In this document: one piece after another, positions 46,731 through 56,696 of the stretch
Numbering within the stretch: the first letter of the stretch is position 1
Layout of the letters: each line of letters starts with the position of its first letter
Assembly: GCA_964501905.1 (NCBI GenBank)
Contig: CAZCTW010000002.1
Coordinates: 195,821-259,820, forward strand
Reading direction: 5' to 3'
Length of the DNA stretch: 64,000 bases
Source of the DNA: an uncultured Thermofilaceae archaeon
Lineage (GTDB): Archaea > Thermoproteota > Thermoprotei > Thermofilales > B69-G16
The notes under the pieces: generated by a model
Told to the model about the DNA's origin: nothing
Seen by the model: the letters and a program-made list of their open reading frames with translations, nothing else
Database searches by the model: none
Program-made: the position numbers and the translations under genes

Positions 46731-47975
46731 TCATATTTTTTGGTGTTTCTTTAGGAGTAGAGCTAGGGCTGCTCCGATGGCTAGTGAGGATGGTATTCCC
46801 ACGAGTGTCGTGATTTGATAGAGTTGTAGTTTTTCCTTGTATTCTCTTGTTTTTTGTTCTAGTTCCGTGATAGTTTTGTTGGCGGTTTCTAGGTTTTCTC
46901 TGGCTTTCTGCAGGTTTTCCGATAGTTCCTCTATTTTCTCTTTTAGCTGGTTGTTTTCTTTTTCTAGCTCTGTTATTCTACTTTCTAGTTCTTCTTTGCG
47001 TTGTTCTAGCTCTTTTACACGTGCGACTAGTTTTTCTTTCTCCTTATCGGTTTCTACCTTGAAGATCACTGGTTTTTCTAATTCGCTTTTTACGTGGGTT
47101 TCGCTGCCGGGGAATACGGCTTTGAATAGTACGTTGCCGCTTATGGTCGTGTTTACGTATAGGATGAAGCGTCCGTTTTCGTCCGTCGTCGTGTTGCAGA
47201 AGTGGAGCCAGGTTTTTCCTCCGTCTATGCTGATGTATACCATTACGGTGGCGTTGGCTACGGGGGGCTCTATAGCTCCTTCTATTTTGGCCGTTTTAGA
47301 GTCTAGGGCTAGGACGTTGAAGTTTAGCTTGGATTCGACTTTCACGTAGAATTGTACCGTGGGGCTTTTAGAGGATTTATAGTCTTTGGTTCCTGGGAAG
47401 TAGGCGTACGCCTTCCATAGGCCAAGGGTGTCGGCTGCGAATTGATGGGAAAAGCTTCCATCGGTTTTACTCTGTACCTTTACTTTTACCTGGGAGCCGT
47501 CGGGTTTTGTTACCGTAATGGTTATTTCGGCTTTCATAGCTGGGGATATGTAGCCGGTTAGAATTACGGTTTCGTTTAACCGGTACTCGCTTTTATCGGC
47601 GCTCAGGCTTAAACTGGTTTTCTTCTTTTCCTGAGGCGGGGGGTGCGGCTTCTTTAGGTGCACGTCTATTCTAATTACTCCTTCTCCCGATTTGGACGCC
47701 GAGCCTTTGTACTCTCCTTTGCTCGCTGTAACTGTAACCGTGACGGGGGTTTGAGAGACCGTCAAGTCTACTTTATATTTGCCCGAGCTGTCCGTGATCG
47801 TAGATTTTGAAACTCCCGCCGCGCTTACTTTTACGCTGGCTCCCGCTGCGGGTGAGCCGTCTGGCATGTAGACGTAGCCCCAGACTGTTATCGGTACTTG
47901 GGCTTGAGCTTTCTCGATTACTCCAGCGAAGGTGACTATGGTTAAGAGTAATATCAGGAGCGCGATTTTTCTCAT
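46731..47975 (-). CDS. surface protein: signal peptide, CarboxypepD_reg-like beta domains, coiled-coil stalk, C-terminal TM anchor
   Basis: MRKIALLILLLTIVTFAGVIEKAQA signal. VWGYVYMPDGSPAAGASVKV...SSGKYKV beta-sandwich. About 90 aa of heptad-rich EKEKLVARVKELEQRKEELESRITELEKEN.... C-terminal TM LVGIPSSLAIGAALALLLKK. Confidence 0.7.
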   Translation of the reverse strand: MRKIALLILLLTIVTFAGVIEKAQAQVPITVWGYVYMPDGSPAAGASVKVSAAGVSKSTITDSSGKYKVDLTVSQTPVTVTVTASKGEYKGSASKSGEGVIRIDVHLKKPHPPPQEKKKTSLSLSADKSEYRLNETVILTGYISPAMKAEITITVTKPDGSQVKVKVQSKTDGSFSHQFAADTLGLWKAYAYFPGTKDYKSSKSPTVQFYVKVESKLNFNVLALDSKTAKIEGAIEPPVANATVMVYISIDGGKTWLHFCNTTTDENGRFILYVNTTISGNVLFKAVFPGSETHVKSELEKPVIFKVETDKEKEKLVARVKELEQRKEELESRITELEKENNQLKEKIEELSENLQKARENLETANKTITELEQKTREYKEKLQLYQITTLVGIPSSLAIGAALALLLKKHQKI

Positions 47976-47979
47976 GTTA

Positions 47980-50900
47980 TCACCCTACTTCCACAAATCT
48001 GGCGGGGGCCGCTAGGTAGACGAAGTAGCCGTAGCCCATTTCTATTAAAAAGTCTTCTTCGGGTGGACTGACTCCGGGGGTGTAGCCTATGAACTCCTGC
48101 TTATCTACGTCCCACTTCCATATCCCCTGTAGGTTGGAACCGACGTTCTCGGCTATATCGGATGCGTATACTGGCTTTAGCGGGGGTATTAACAGGGCTA
48201 TGAGGTTGTACTTGGCTTCGAGTTCTCTAACGAGAAATCTATACTGCTCCCACTGGGAAGCATAGCTCTGCTCCGCAATAGCCCTCACTTCTATCTTGTG
48301 TTCTCCAAGGCTGTAGCTAGCGGTATCTATGACTATGCGTACTGTCTCGGTGGGCGAGTCATAGGCTCCGTCAATTGGCTTGGTCACGTTTACCGCTTCT
48401 CCCCCGTCTATCCTGTATTGGACCATTCTTATGATTAAGCTCGCGTTGTTGGACGCCGTTATGTTCATGTATATAACTCCCTCGATTACGACTACGTCTT
48501 CTACCTTTATCGTAAAAGCTACTGCGCCCCCGGCCGTAACTTCAAAGCTTTTAGAATCGTAGATCGTCGTGTAGCCTTTTATATACGCGCTAACCTCCAC
48601 TAGGTAGCTGCTGGTTGGAGCCCCGCTGGGTATCTCGTAGATAACTGTGTAGTTTCCATCTTGTGGTACGTCGTCTCCGCCCATTCCGTCATCCCTCATT
48701 TGGGCTTCGAAGGCTAGCGTGCCGTTAGGATAGTATACTCTAGCAGTCGCGTTTACCCCTGTTAGGGGCTCTGTTCCGTTAAACACGCTCGCAACTATTT
48801 TTACCGTTGAGCCGGCGGCGTAGCTCTCCCTGTCCGTTTTTGCTTTTATGACATAGGAAGTGGTGAGCCACTTTATGCTATTCTCTATTAGCGTTTTCCT
48901 AGTATCGGCCGATAAGTAGTGTACCGGGAAGGCTATGTAGACTACTCTGCCTCCAGCTCCCCAGTATAGGCCGTCATAGACTATTATGGCGGAGTAGTTA
49001 GTCTCCGCGTATTTCGCTACTTGCGTCCCGTTGTTCCAAGGCTCTACGCCGTCTGGGTATGGAGGTTGGGAGGCGAAGGTAAAATGTTCTAGGTCTTCCA
49101 TTACTGGGTGCTTCTCGGTCGCCTCCACCACGCTTGCATTAGTGTCGTCTACCAGGTACTTTGCGTGTGCAACTTTCTGCATAAACTCGTCGTCTCCGTG
49201 GTCAAACCCTATATCTTCCCCCTCTAGGAGCAGTCTACCGCCCTTTTCGACGAACTGGATGAGAGTTTGCGCGTCCTCAGAGCTCACCGCCCCATCGTAG
49301 TATGTTCCAGTGTGCCAGATTACCGCGGTTACGTTCTCGTTTAGTAATATATCTAGAGATGGGTTTCCCCTTTCGCTTTCATTCCAGACCATCGCGTTGA
49401 AGCCTAGGGCTTCTACGACTTCTATGAATTCGTTAGGCCAGACTCCCGGGTCCGTGAAGGGAGTGGCGTCGTCGTCCACTACTATTAAAATAGTGTTGGG
49501 TTGGATTTCACTAGGGATTAAGGTTAGGTTTACCTCCATTACTACCCGCGGGTAGTAGAAATCTTTCTGTGTTGGCGTGTAGCCCTTGGCGTAGGCTTTG
49601 AAAGTGTACGTGCCATAGGATATGTTTACGAGTTCGTAGTAGCCTGTAAGCGTAGATATGTTATATAGTAGAACGCCGGAGGTGTAGTTGTAGACTTCTA
49701 CTACGGAATTCGCCACGGGGGATCCATTCTCGTCTAGCACATAGCCCTTCAGCACCGGGGTCTCTGGGGGTGGCGGGGAGTCTCCGGTTCCGGTTAGGAG
49801 TAGAGAGGGGTCTCCTAGCAGGTTGCCGTATTCGACTACGGTGTACCAGTCGTACTTGTCGCTTCTTCCGTGCTTGGCTAGGTAGCCGGTTATCGCCGAG
49901 ACGTGTAATCCGCCGGGAGAAAGGGTGCCTCCGGAATCCTCTATATCCTTAAAGGCTTTAATTACTCTCCAGTCGAACTCGCCCGCTAACCCGCTCGTTA
50001 TCCAATATCCCGTGTATCCATAGGCTGTATCGGCGGCTCCGAAGTACGCTATGCCGCCGCCGGAAGAGTGTAGTAGGAAAGCTTCTCCTATACACACGTC
50101 TGTATCGGCGTAGTCGCCAGTGAGGCAGGACATCGCCACTATAATAGAGGTGTTGTAACCGTTCGTGAGGGAGTATACGTCGCTGTTGGTGAAGCAGCCT
50201 CCCTCGCCAAAGCTCCATACATCCACGTTGCCGTGTCCGGCGAAGTTAACTATTCCATACCCCTTATTCATTTCTTCCTTTGCTCTTGCGGGATTTAGGT
50301 TTCCTAGTCCTTCGTAGAGTTTTGTCCAGGAGAAATCCTCTGGGAGTAACTTATATTCTATGTAGTCTTTAAGCATCTCTCCTTCGGGGGTTAGGGGGTC
50401 TCCGAAGGTTACCGTTCCTAGGAGGAGTATTCTCCTAAACCATTCGTTTCTGGAGTTGTAGTTTTTGAGTTTGTCTATTATCGTGTAGGCTTCGCTTAGC
50501 GTGCTGGCGGGTAATCTGCCGACTATTACGTCAGGCACTCCATCTATATCGTCTTCTACCTCTCCATAATAGCCGTCTCCGTCAGTATCCCAAGTTCCGT
50601 CTAGGTCGGCGTAGTAGAGATCCGTTTCTATGTAGTCTAAATCTCCTAAGCCGGGTATATAAGCGCGTCTAACGGGCACTACATCCGCGTCTCCTAAGAG
50701 AACAACCCAAGTAATTCCATACGCATTTACAGCGTCGATTACGAAGTTTCTGATTTTCTCCTGGGTATCAGCGCCTGGGTAGTTTGAGCTTATCCACTCG
50801 ACGGTGTATACTTTCGCTACGAGTCCAGTCGAGTTTTTCCACTCAGCGAATGCTACTGCAGCGTCTTGCAGAGTGTTAGAGGTTATAACTATTAGGTCTA

Positions 50901-51513
50901 CTGCTTGTACGGGCTCTATTTGTGAAATTTGGACGGTTTTATACGTAATGGATAGTTCAATGTTCGTTGCTAACTCGACGGTCCAAGTTTCCGGGTAGTA
51001 CCTAACAGGGAAAAGCCTCATGATTAGGTAGTTTACCCTCTCGAGAGATACCGGATCTATGCCTCTCCTAACCTCATACTCCACAACCTGAGGTGGGTAG
51101 GGTTTAGAAGAGTTGTAAATTTCCGGATCCTCCACGAATATATCCTTTCTGCGGTCTGATGGGGTTAGCGGTTTGGGTTGGGGGGTTAGTAGAAGCCTGT
51201 ACTTGCCCTCGAGGGTGGTAGTTTCTATCCGATATTCTAAATGTTCGACCTCGACGTTTATCGGTAGCTTGTAAATTAGCGTTTTAACTGGAACTACAGG
51301 GGCTCCGGGAACTAAGTGAAAATCCGCCCCAGGGATAAGTATTAAACTGTATTTTTTAGATACTTTTTTTATAATGGGCTTGCCGAGCTTTATGGAAATG
51401 TCCGTCGGTATTTCGTCCGCTGGGCTGGCGCGTAAGTCATAAGATGGGGCTAGCGACCATACTCCGAAAGCGATTGCTATAATCGCGATGAATATGATTA
51501 CTCGAGTTTTCAT
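47980..51513 (-). CDS. secreted multidomain clan CD cysteine peptidase (C25/gingipain-like)
   Basis: Signal/TM MKTRVIIFIAIIAIAFGVW. LLGDADVVPVRR and YYADLDGTWDTDGDGYYGE. His-Cys dyad context NFAGHGN ... IVAMSCLTG. A CarboxypepD_reg-like domain (LKGYVLDENGSPVANSVVEV). At least 15 N-x-S/T sequons. No C-terminal anchor. Confidence 0.8.
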   Translation of the reverse strand: MKTRVIIFIAIIAIAFGVWSLAPSYDLRASPADEIPTDISIKLGKPIIKKVSKKYSLILIPGADFHLVPGAPVVPVKTLIYKLPINVEVEHLEYRIETTTLEGKYRLLLTPQPKPLTPSDRRKDIFVEDPEIYNSSKPYPPQVVEYEVRRGIDPVSLERVNYLIMRLFPVRYYPETWTVELATNIELSITYKTVQISQIEPVQAVDLIVITSNTLQDAAVAFAEWKNSTGLVAKVYTVEWISSNYPGADTQEKIRNFVIDAVNAYGITWVVLLGDADVVPVRRAYIPGLGDLDYIETDLYYADLDGTWDTDGDGYYGEVEDDIDGVPDVIVGRLPASTLSEAYTIIDKLKNYNSRNEWFRRILLLGTVTFGDPLTPEGEMLKDYIEYKLLPEDFSWTKLYEGLGNLNPARAKEEMNKGYGIVNFAGHGNVDVWSFGEGGCFTNSDVYSLTNGYNTSIIVAMSCLTGDYADTDVCIGEAFLLHSSGGGIAYFGAADTAYGYTGYWITSGLAGEFDWRVIKAFKDIEDSGGTLSPGGLHVSAITGYLAKHGRSDKYDWYTVVEYGNLLGDPSLLLTGTGDSPPPPETPVLKGYVLDENGSPVANSVVEVYNYTSGVLLYNISTLTGYYELVNISYGTYTFKAYAKGYTPTQKDFYYPRVVMEVNLTLIPSEIQPNTILIVVDDDATPFTDPGVWPNEFIEVVEALGFNAMVWNESERGNPSLDILLNENVTAVIWHTGTYYDGAVSSEDAQTLIQFVEKGGRLLLEGEDIGFDHGDDEFMQKVAHAKYLVDDTNASVVEATEKHPVMEDLEHFTFASQPPYPDGVEPWNNGTQVAKYAETNYSAIIVYDGLYWGAGGRVVYIAFPVHYLSADTRKTLIENSIKWLTTSYVIKAKTDRESYAAGSTVKIVASVFNGTEPLTGVNATARVYYPNGTLAFEAQMRDDGMGGDDVPQDGNYTVIYEIPSGAPTSSYLVEVSAYIKGYTTIYDSKSFEVTAGGAVAFTIKVEDVVVIEGVIYMNITASNNASLIIRMVQYRIDGGEAVNVTKPIDGAYDSPTETVRIVIDTASYSLGEHKIEVRAIAEQSYASQWEQYRFLVRELEAKYNLIALLIPPLKPVYASDIAENVGSNLQGIWKWDVDKQEFIGYTPGVSPPEEDFLIEMGYGYFVYLAAPARFVEVG

Positions 51514-51935
51514 CGAAGCAAAAATATGAGTTTCGGTTTAATTGTTTATCCATTCGACTATCTTTTTAAAATAATCTTAGAATCTTAAACGCGTAAAGAA
51601 AATCGCTGGTCCCTTAACCATCTACGACTATTATCGCTAATACTTTACGACTTTTGTCCAATACGGTACATATTAATTAAATAATCTTTAAACTAGGATG
51701 AGAAAGTCAGCATGGAGATAAAAGGAGCAGATCGTTGAGCTTGTCTAAGCGTAAATGTTTATAAACTTAAACATTTTGCTCTATGACATTGTTAAATTAT
51801 TTAAAATTTGAAATACTATTCGTCCAATTTTATGTGAGATTTGCTATAGCTAAGGAGAATTAAAAAGCCTTAAATTAGTGATTTGAAATTTCTCTAGGTA
51901 AAATTTAAATAATAAATATCATTAAGGAATACTTA

Positions 51936-52289
51936 GTGCTATTTAAGGCGTATCCTATGACGCCACCAATCAATGTTATCAAGGAATATTTAGAGAAGAA
52001 AGGCTTTAAGGTTGTCCTAGACGGCTCTCTCGAGGGGGTTAGCGGAATAGAGCACCATTTTAGCATATTAGCGTTTAAAGGTAAAAAAATAGTGTGCGTA
52101 GATATACCGAATCCTTCACTCTTTCTTCCCAGCGTCTATGGAAAAGCTATAGACATACCTTGGGCTCGGATTCTGGTTCCAGTAAAAAGGGATAATTTGT
52201 GCAACTATGACCATACCGCGTGTAATTTATCGATAATATCTTATAGGAATGTAGAGGAGTTAATTGACAAAATCAAGGAGCTTCTATAA
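51936..52289 (+). CDS. hypothetical protein
   Basis: 117-aa ORF with a GTG-type start and no confident motif. Confidence 0.5.
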   Translation: MLFKAYPMTPPINVIKEYLEKKGFKVVLDGSLEGVSGIEHHFSILAFKGKKIVCVDIPNPSLFLPSVYGKAIDIPWARILVPVKRDNLCNYDHTACNLSIISYRNVEELIDKIKELL

Positions 52290-52306
52290 GCTGCTTATTT
52301 TATCGG

Positions 52307-52355
52307 TCATAAGCTTACCCTATCATCACAGCTCAGAGTGCCATCGGGTAATCAT
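52307..52355 (-). ncRNA. C/D-box sRNA candidate
   Basis: Minus-strand box order: C AUGAUUA (52355-52349), 12-nt guide CCCGAUGGCACU, D' CUGA (52336-52333), GCU, C' GUGAUGA (52329-52323), 12-nt guide UAGGGUAAGCUU, D AUGA (52310-52307). The U6 of box C and A1 of box D covary to keep the Watson-Crick pair. CTAATATC sits about 25 nt upstream. Confidence 0.5.
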
Positions 52356-52430
52356 CCCAGATAATCTAACTTAAAAGACGATATTAGCTTTGCTTCACAA
52401 ACTCTGGTTTAAACGCTTTCCTTCTTCGCC

Positions 52431-52751
52431 TTAATTAGGTACTCCTTTACATAATCTCCGAAGAAGAACCGGGCCGCGAAAATCGCTATGGATAAGCCTA
52501 TTCCCTGTAGATAAGCCGGAGACGAGGGCCGTTTTAACCTCGGAGGATAAGGCGGAGATGTCTATAAGCAAGGCTGTCAATATTAGAAAGGATATAAAGC
52601 CGATAAGCACTGCCGCTATGATGTAAGAAATGGATTTGATATCATAGCCTAGCGACGCTAAGTAGACTAGAAATATACCGTTGGTTAGGGGGAGGTATAT
52701 ATTGGCTAGCAGCGCCTCGCCTATCAGTGCTATCTTCAGAGTTTTTGACAC
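52431..52751 (-). CDS. membrane-protein fragment (possibly a truncated transporter N-terminus)
   Basis: The first ~70 aa form 2 TM helices. The C-terminal ~35 aa look like non-coding read-through. Confidence 0.35.
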   Translation of the reverse strand: MSKTLKIALIGEALLANIYLPLTNGIFLVYLASLGYDIKSISYIIAAVLIGFISFLILTALLIDISALSSEVKTALVSGLSTGNRLIHSDFRGPVLLRRLCKGVPN

Positions 52752-52770
52752 TTTAATTCCCTTAGTAGTA

Positions 52771-53346
52771 TTACGCTAACGGCTTTTTGAGTTCGAAAGG
52801 TTTCCATCCAAGCTTCTTGCGGAACTCGTTTATAGCTTCTATCGATTTCTTCTTATCCTCGAGGGACATTTTCTTTGTTTTTAAAACTGCCATGAAGAGC
52901 ACGTAGGTCCTGTTGTGTATAGTCCTCTTTGAGACTCCCATTTTCAAATCTTCCTCTAACTCTCTGAGAATAGCTTTGACTTCTTCAAAATCGCTGAGGC
53001 CTTTCTTTCCTATATCTCTGACTTCTCTACCTAGGTAGAGATTGCCCTTCTCGACTACTACGAATTTGCCGTTTTCGAAAGTTACGCGTCCTTTTACTAT
53101 GCGATCGTAAAACTCCCAGTTTTCCACCCATTCAGGATTTTTCTCACGTAATAGTTTTAACACCATCCTTCTTATCTGCGTAGTTTTCATTCCTTCTTCG
53201 ACTCTTTTTTCTACTTCATTGGCTATTTCCCTGGCGGCTTCTTCAGAAGCTCCGGCCTTTACACAGCTCCTAACTATCTTCTCTTTATCGAATTCTTCTA
53301 TAGAACCATCTACCTTGACTATTTTAACCATTTTCACCGCCGACAA
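52771..53346 (-). CDS. ATP-cone domain protein
   Basis: N-terminal VKVDGSIEEFDKEKIVRSCVKAGASEEAAREIANEVEKRV is a typical ATP-cone. The C-terminal half is unassigned. Confidence 0.7.
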   Translation of the reverse strand: MSAVKMVKIVKVDGSIEEFDKEKIVRSCVKAGASEEAAREIANEVEKRVEEGMKTTQIRRMVLKLLREKNPEWVENWEFYDRIVKGRVTFENGKFVVVEKGNLYLGREVRDIGKKGLSDFEEVKAILRELEEDLKMGVSKRTIHNRTYVLFMAVLKTKKMSLEDKKKSIEAINEFRKKLGWKPFELKKPLA

Positions 53347-53433
53347 TAATAACTGCTTCTTCCATAAAAAATTTGACTAACCTCAGGTTCCCATAATTTT
53401 TAAACCGTCTCATGATTAAACGTATATAAGCTT

Positions 53434-54057
53434 ATGCCAATGTTATTATCGATCCTTATGGTTGCGATAGAAGTCCCCGAGTATAAGATAACGGAGGAAA
53501 AAGTAGTTTTAGATTCTAAAAAGACCGGGTTAATTATCGTCGATATGCAAAACGACTTCGCACACCCTAATGGTAAGTTATTCGTTCCTGAGGCAGAGAA
53601 GACTATCCCAGCGATAAAGAAATTATTAGAGAAAGCTAGAAAAGCTGGGGTCTTAGTGGTCTATACTCAAGATTGGCATCGTGAAGACGATATAGAGTTT
53701 AAGATTTGGGGAGAGCACGCTGTTGGAGGGACCTGGGGCGCCGAAATAGTAGAAGAATTAAAGCCTAAAAAAGAGGATATAACGGTACATAAGTTAAGAT
53801 ATGATGCTTTCTTCGGAACTCCTCTAGATCACTTGTTGAGGATTTATGGAATAGAAAACTTAGTTATAACGGGTACAGTCGCCAACATATGTGTTCTGCA
53901 CACAGCAGGCACCGCCGCGCTTCTAGGCTATAAAATAGTGGTGCCTGTCGACTGTATCTCGGCGCTGACCGAATTCGATAGATACGCTACCTACAGGCAG
54001 GTATACTTCCTCTATAAGGGGGTTTTAACTAAATCTGAGAACATAGAGTTTAGGTAA
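53434..54057 (+). CDS. pncA: isochorismatase-family hydrolase, nicotinamidase-like
   Basis: LIIVDMQNDF, TQDWHREDD...WGEH (metal-site-like), and TGTVANICVLHT with the catalytic Cys. Adjacent to nadE. Confidence 0.75.
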   Translation: MPMLLSILMVAIEVPEYKITEEKVVLDSKKTGLIIVDMQNDFAHPNGKLFVPEAEKTIPAIKKLLEKARKAGVLVVYTQDWHREDDIEFKIWGEHAVGGTWGAEIVEELKPKKEDITVHKLRYDAFFGTPLDHLLRIYGIENLVITGTVANICVLHTAGTAALLGYKIVVPVDCISALTEFDRYATYRQVYFLYKGVLTKSENIEFR

Positions 54058-54061
54058 AACT

Positions 54062-54943
54062 ATGAAGATCACGCCAGAGGATTTAAAGCTGGATTATAGT
54101 TACGTTGAGAGAAGGATAGTCGACTTTATAAGAGATTACTTCGAGAAGACAGGCGTTAAAAAAGCGGTTTTAGGAATTAGCGGAGGAGTGGACTCGACCG
54201 TAACGGCCTACTTAACCGTTAAAGCCCTAGGCAGCGATAGAGTAAAAGCCTTAATCATGCCAGATAGCCGGGTAACCCCCGCTAAAGATTTGGAAGACGC
54301 TTTGAAAGTAGTGAGCGAGCTAGAGATTGAAAAGTACGAAGTAGATATAGCGGGTATCCTGAAAAGTTACGAAAAGACTCTCCCCTTCTTCGACGCCGGC
54401 CATAGAGTTGCTCTGGGCAATCTGAGAGCCCGCCTTAGGATGACTCTACTCTACTATTTCGCTAACGCTAACGATGCCTTAGTAGTAGGGACTGGTGATA
54501 AGAGCGAGCTGCTTATAGGCTATTTCACCAAATACGGGGACGGAGGCGTCGATATACTGCCTATAGGGGATCTCTACAAGACCCAGGTTAGGCAGTTGGC
54601 TCTACACCTAGGAGTGCCCAGAGAGATCGCGGAAAAACCTAGCAGTCCCGCTCTCTGGCCAGGACAGACAGCCGAGGGAGAGCTAGGAATGAGCTACAGC
54701 GAAATAGACCTAGTATTATACGCGGTTTTCGATAGGAAGATCGAGATTAGAGAAGTCCCCGAAGCTACTGGAGTTGAAGAATGGAAGGTGAAGGCTATAT
54801 TAGAGCGGGTATCTAAAAGTGCGCATAAGAGATGTACGCCGCCTATCCCCAAGGTTTCGGCTAGGACCTTGGGCGCTGATCTTACTTTGCCGCAGTATTT
54901 CTCGCTGGAGGAAATGGGGGATTCTAGCGAATGGGCAATTTGA
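54062..54943 (+). CDS. nadE: NH3-dependent NAD+ synthetase
   Basis: PP-loop [30 protein letters not shown], and [10 protein letters not shown]. Confidence 0.9.
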   Translation: MKITPEDLKLDYSYVERRIVDFIRDYFEKTGVKKAVLGISGGVDSTVTAYLTVKALGSDRVKALIMPDSRVTPAKDLEDALKVVSELEIEKYEVDIAGILKSYEKTLPFFDAGHRVALGNLRARLRMTLLYYFANANDALVVGTGDKSELLIGYFTKYGDGGVDILPIGDLYKTQVRQLALHLGVPREIAEKPSSPALWPGQTAEGELGMSYSEIDLVLYAVFDRKIEIREVPEATGVEEWKVKAILERVSKSAHKRCTPPIPKVSARTLGADLTLPQYFSLEEMGDSSEWAI

Positions 54944-55847
54944 TTTTCAGTTTTTTAGCTAGCTCCTTATACCTATTCCTCACAGTTACCTCGGTAACCT
55001 GTGCTGCTCTAGCTACCTCTTTCTGAGTTCTAACTTCTCCCGACAACAGGGCAGCTATGTAAATAGCCGCTGCTGCAAGCCCGGCCGGGTCTTTTCCAGC
55101 CGTCAGCCCCATCTCCTGGGCTTTCTTCAGTATCTCTATGGCCTTTTTGATTGTTTGAGTGCTCAATTTCAGCAACTCGCCTATACGAGGGGCGAAGTCT
55201 ATCGGGCTGGGCAGCGGAACCTTTACTTGAGTCTCTCTGACTAGTAGCCTGTAGCAGCGGGCTACATCTTTTCTGCCAGCTCTAGTGTATTTAGCTATTT
55301 CGTCTAAGGTTCTCGGTATCTTCTTTTCTCTACAGGCGGCGTAGACGGCGGCGGCCATTACGGATTCTATAGATCTACCTCTGACTAAGCCCGTTTCTAA
55401 AGCTTTCTTATAGATTTCTAGCGCTCTATCCATGGCGTATTGAGGCAATCCTAGCTGAGAGCCTAGCCTCTCCAACTCTATAGATGCTTGGCTTAGGTTT
55501 CTTTCAATGGAAGACTGTACCCTAGCTCTTATGTGCCACTTCCTAAGTCTGAGCATTTCGATCTTTTTCTTAAGCCCTATTTCGCGTCCAGCTGCGTCTT
55601 TGCTGCGCCAATCTATATCGGTTGAAAGACTATCGGGGGTTAGGCGGGTTATCGGAGCTCCGACTCTGCTTCTCTTCTCCCGCTCTTCTGGCGTAAACGC
55701 TCTCCATTCGGGACCTCTGTCTATCTCCCTCTCTCTAATTACATAGCCGCACTCTGCGCAGATGATCTCTCCTCTGGTTGGATCATAGACTAGTCTAGTT
55801 CCTCCGCAGATTGGGCATTTGTGAGGAGCTTCTTCAAATTCTTCCAA
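54924..55847 (-). CDS. tfb: transcription initiation factor TFB
   Basis: N-terminal Zn ribbon CPICGG...CAECGYV, B-finger region, and two cyclin-fold repeats. Confidence 0.95.
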   Translation of the reverse strand: MEEFEEAPHKCPICGGTRLVYDPTRGEIICAECGYVIREREIDRGPEWRAFTPEEREKRSRVGAPITRLTPDSLSTDIDWRSKDAAGREIGLKKKIEMLRLRKWHIRARVQSSIERNLSQASIELERLGSQLGLPQYAMDRALEIYKKALETGLVRGRSIESVMAAAVYAACREKKIPRTLDEIAKYTRAGRKDVARCYRLLVRETQVKVPLPSPIDFAPRIGELLKLSTQTIKKAIEILKKAQEMGLTAGKDPAGLAAAAIYIAALLSGEVRTQKEVARAAQVTEVTVRNRYKELAKKLKIKLPIR

Positions 55848-55999
55848 GTTTTCACCTCTAATGGAAAGATTTTTATATTTAACGGTCGGAAAATATTTTT
55901 AAACCATATATATAAACTTTTCGATGAAAACCTGTTTGAGAGATTGAAGAATAGTATAGAGGTTGTAGTTGCGTTAGGATTCTAAAATTTAAAGAAAGT

Positions 56000-56674
56000 T
56001 TAGATTATGGTTGCATTGCAGAATTTAGAAGCATGTTTTTTAAAGTTTTCAGCATCTTTTAAACTCCCCGCAATGGATCCATAGTGCATGGGTATTGCTA
56101 CTTTAGGTTTGATAGCTTCGGCGGCTTTTACGGCTTCTTTCCAATCCATGACGTACGTGCCGCTTACGGGCAGTAAGGCTATGTCTATATTTTTGAGTTT
56201 CTTCATTTCTGGTATGAAATCGGTGTCTCCCGCGTGGTAAATTTTAACACCGTTTATAGTCAGGATGACGCCTATTCCTTGGTAGTTTTTAGGATGAAAA
56301 GGTTTACCGACATTATAGGCGGGAATTGCTTCGATTAGAACTCCGCGTACTTTAGCCGATTCTCCCGGGCTTAAGAATTTCTTCTCTAGGCGGATTCCTA
56401 CAAGCTTGCTTCTACAGTTGACCGATGCCACGATTACGGTATCTTCTTTAGCTACTTTTTCTATATCCTTTAAACTGCAATGGTCGTAGTGGTCGTGAGT
56501 GCATATTACCACATCAGCGTCTGAAGGTTTTCCCTGCACTTCGAAGGGGTCTATATATACCACTACTTTTCCGTCGGTTATCTTGAACGCAGCATGAGAT
56601 ATACGCTCTAAAAATATCCCTCCATATTCAAACCTCGACCCCAAATTTTCACCCAATGTAATATTAATTTCCAA
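56000..56674 (-). CDS. metallo-beta-lactamase-fold hydrolase
   Basis: VICTHDHYDH (HxHxDH) and downstream His/Asp ligands (YHAGDT, PMHYG). Confidence 0.8.
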   Translation of the reverse strand: MEINITLGENLGSRFEYGGIFLERISHAAFKITDGKVVVYIDPFEVQGKPSDADVVICTHDHYDHCSLKDIEKVAKEDTVIVASVNCRSKLVGIRLEKKFLSPGESAKVRGVLIEAIPAYNVGKPFHPKNYQGIGVILTINGVKIYHAGDTDFIPEMKKLKNIDIALLPVSGTYVMDWKEAVKAAEAIKPKVAIPMHYGSIAGSLKDAENFKKHASKFCNATII

Positions 56675-56696
56675 TTTATTATAGCTTTGTCCGAGG

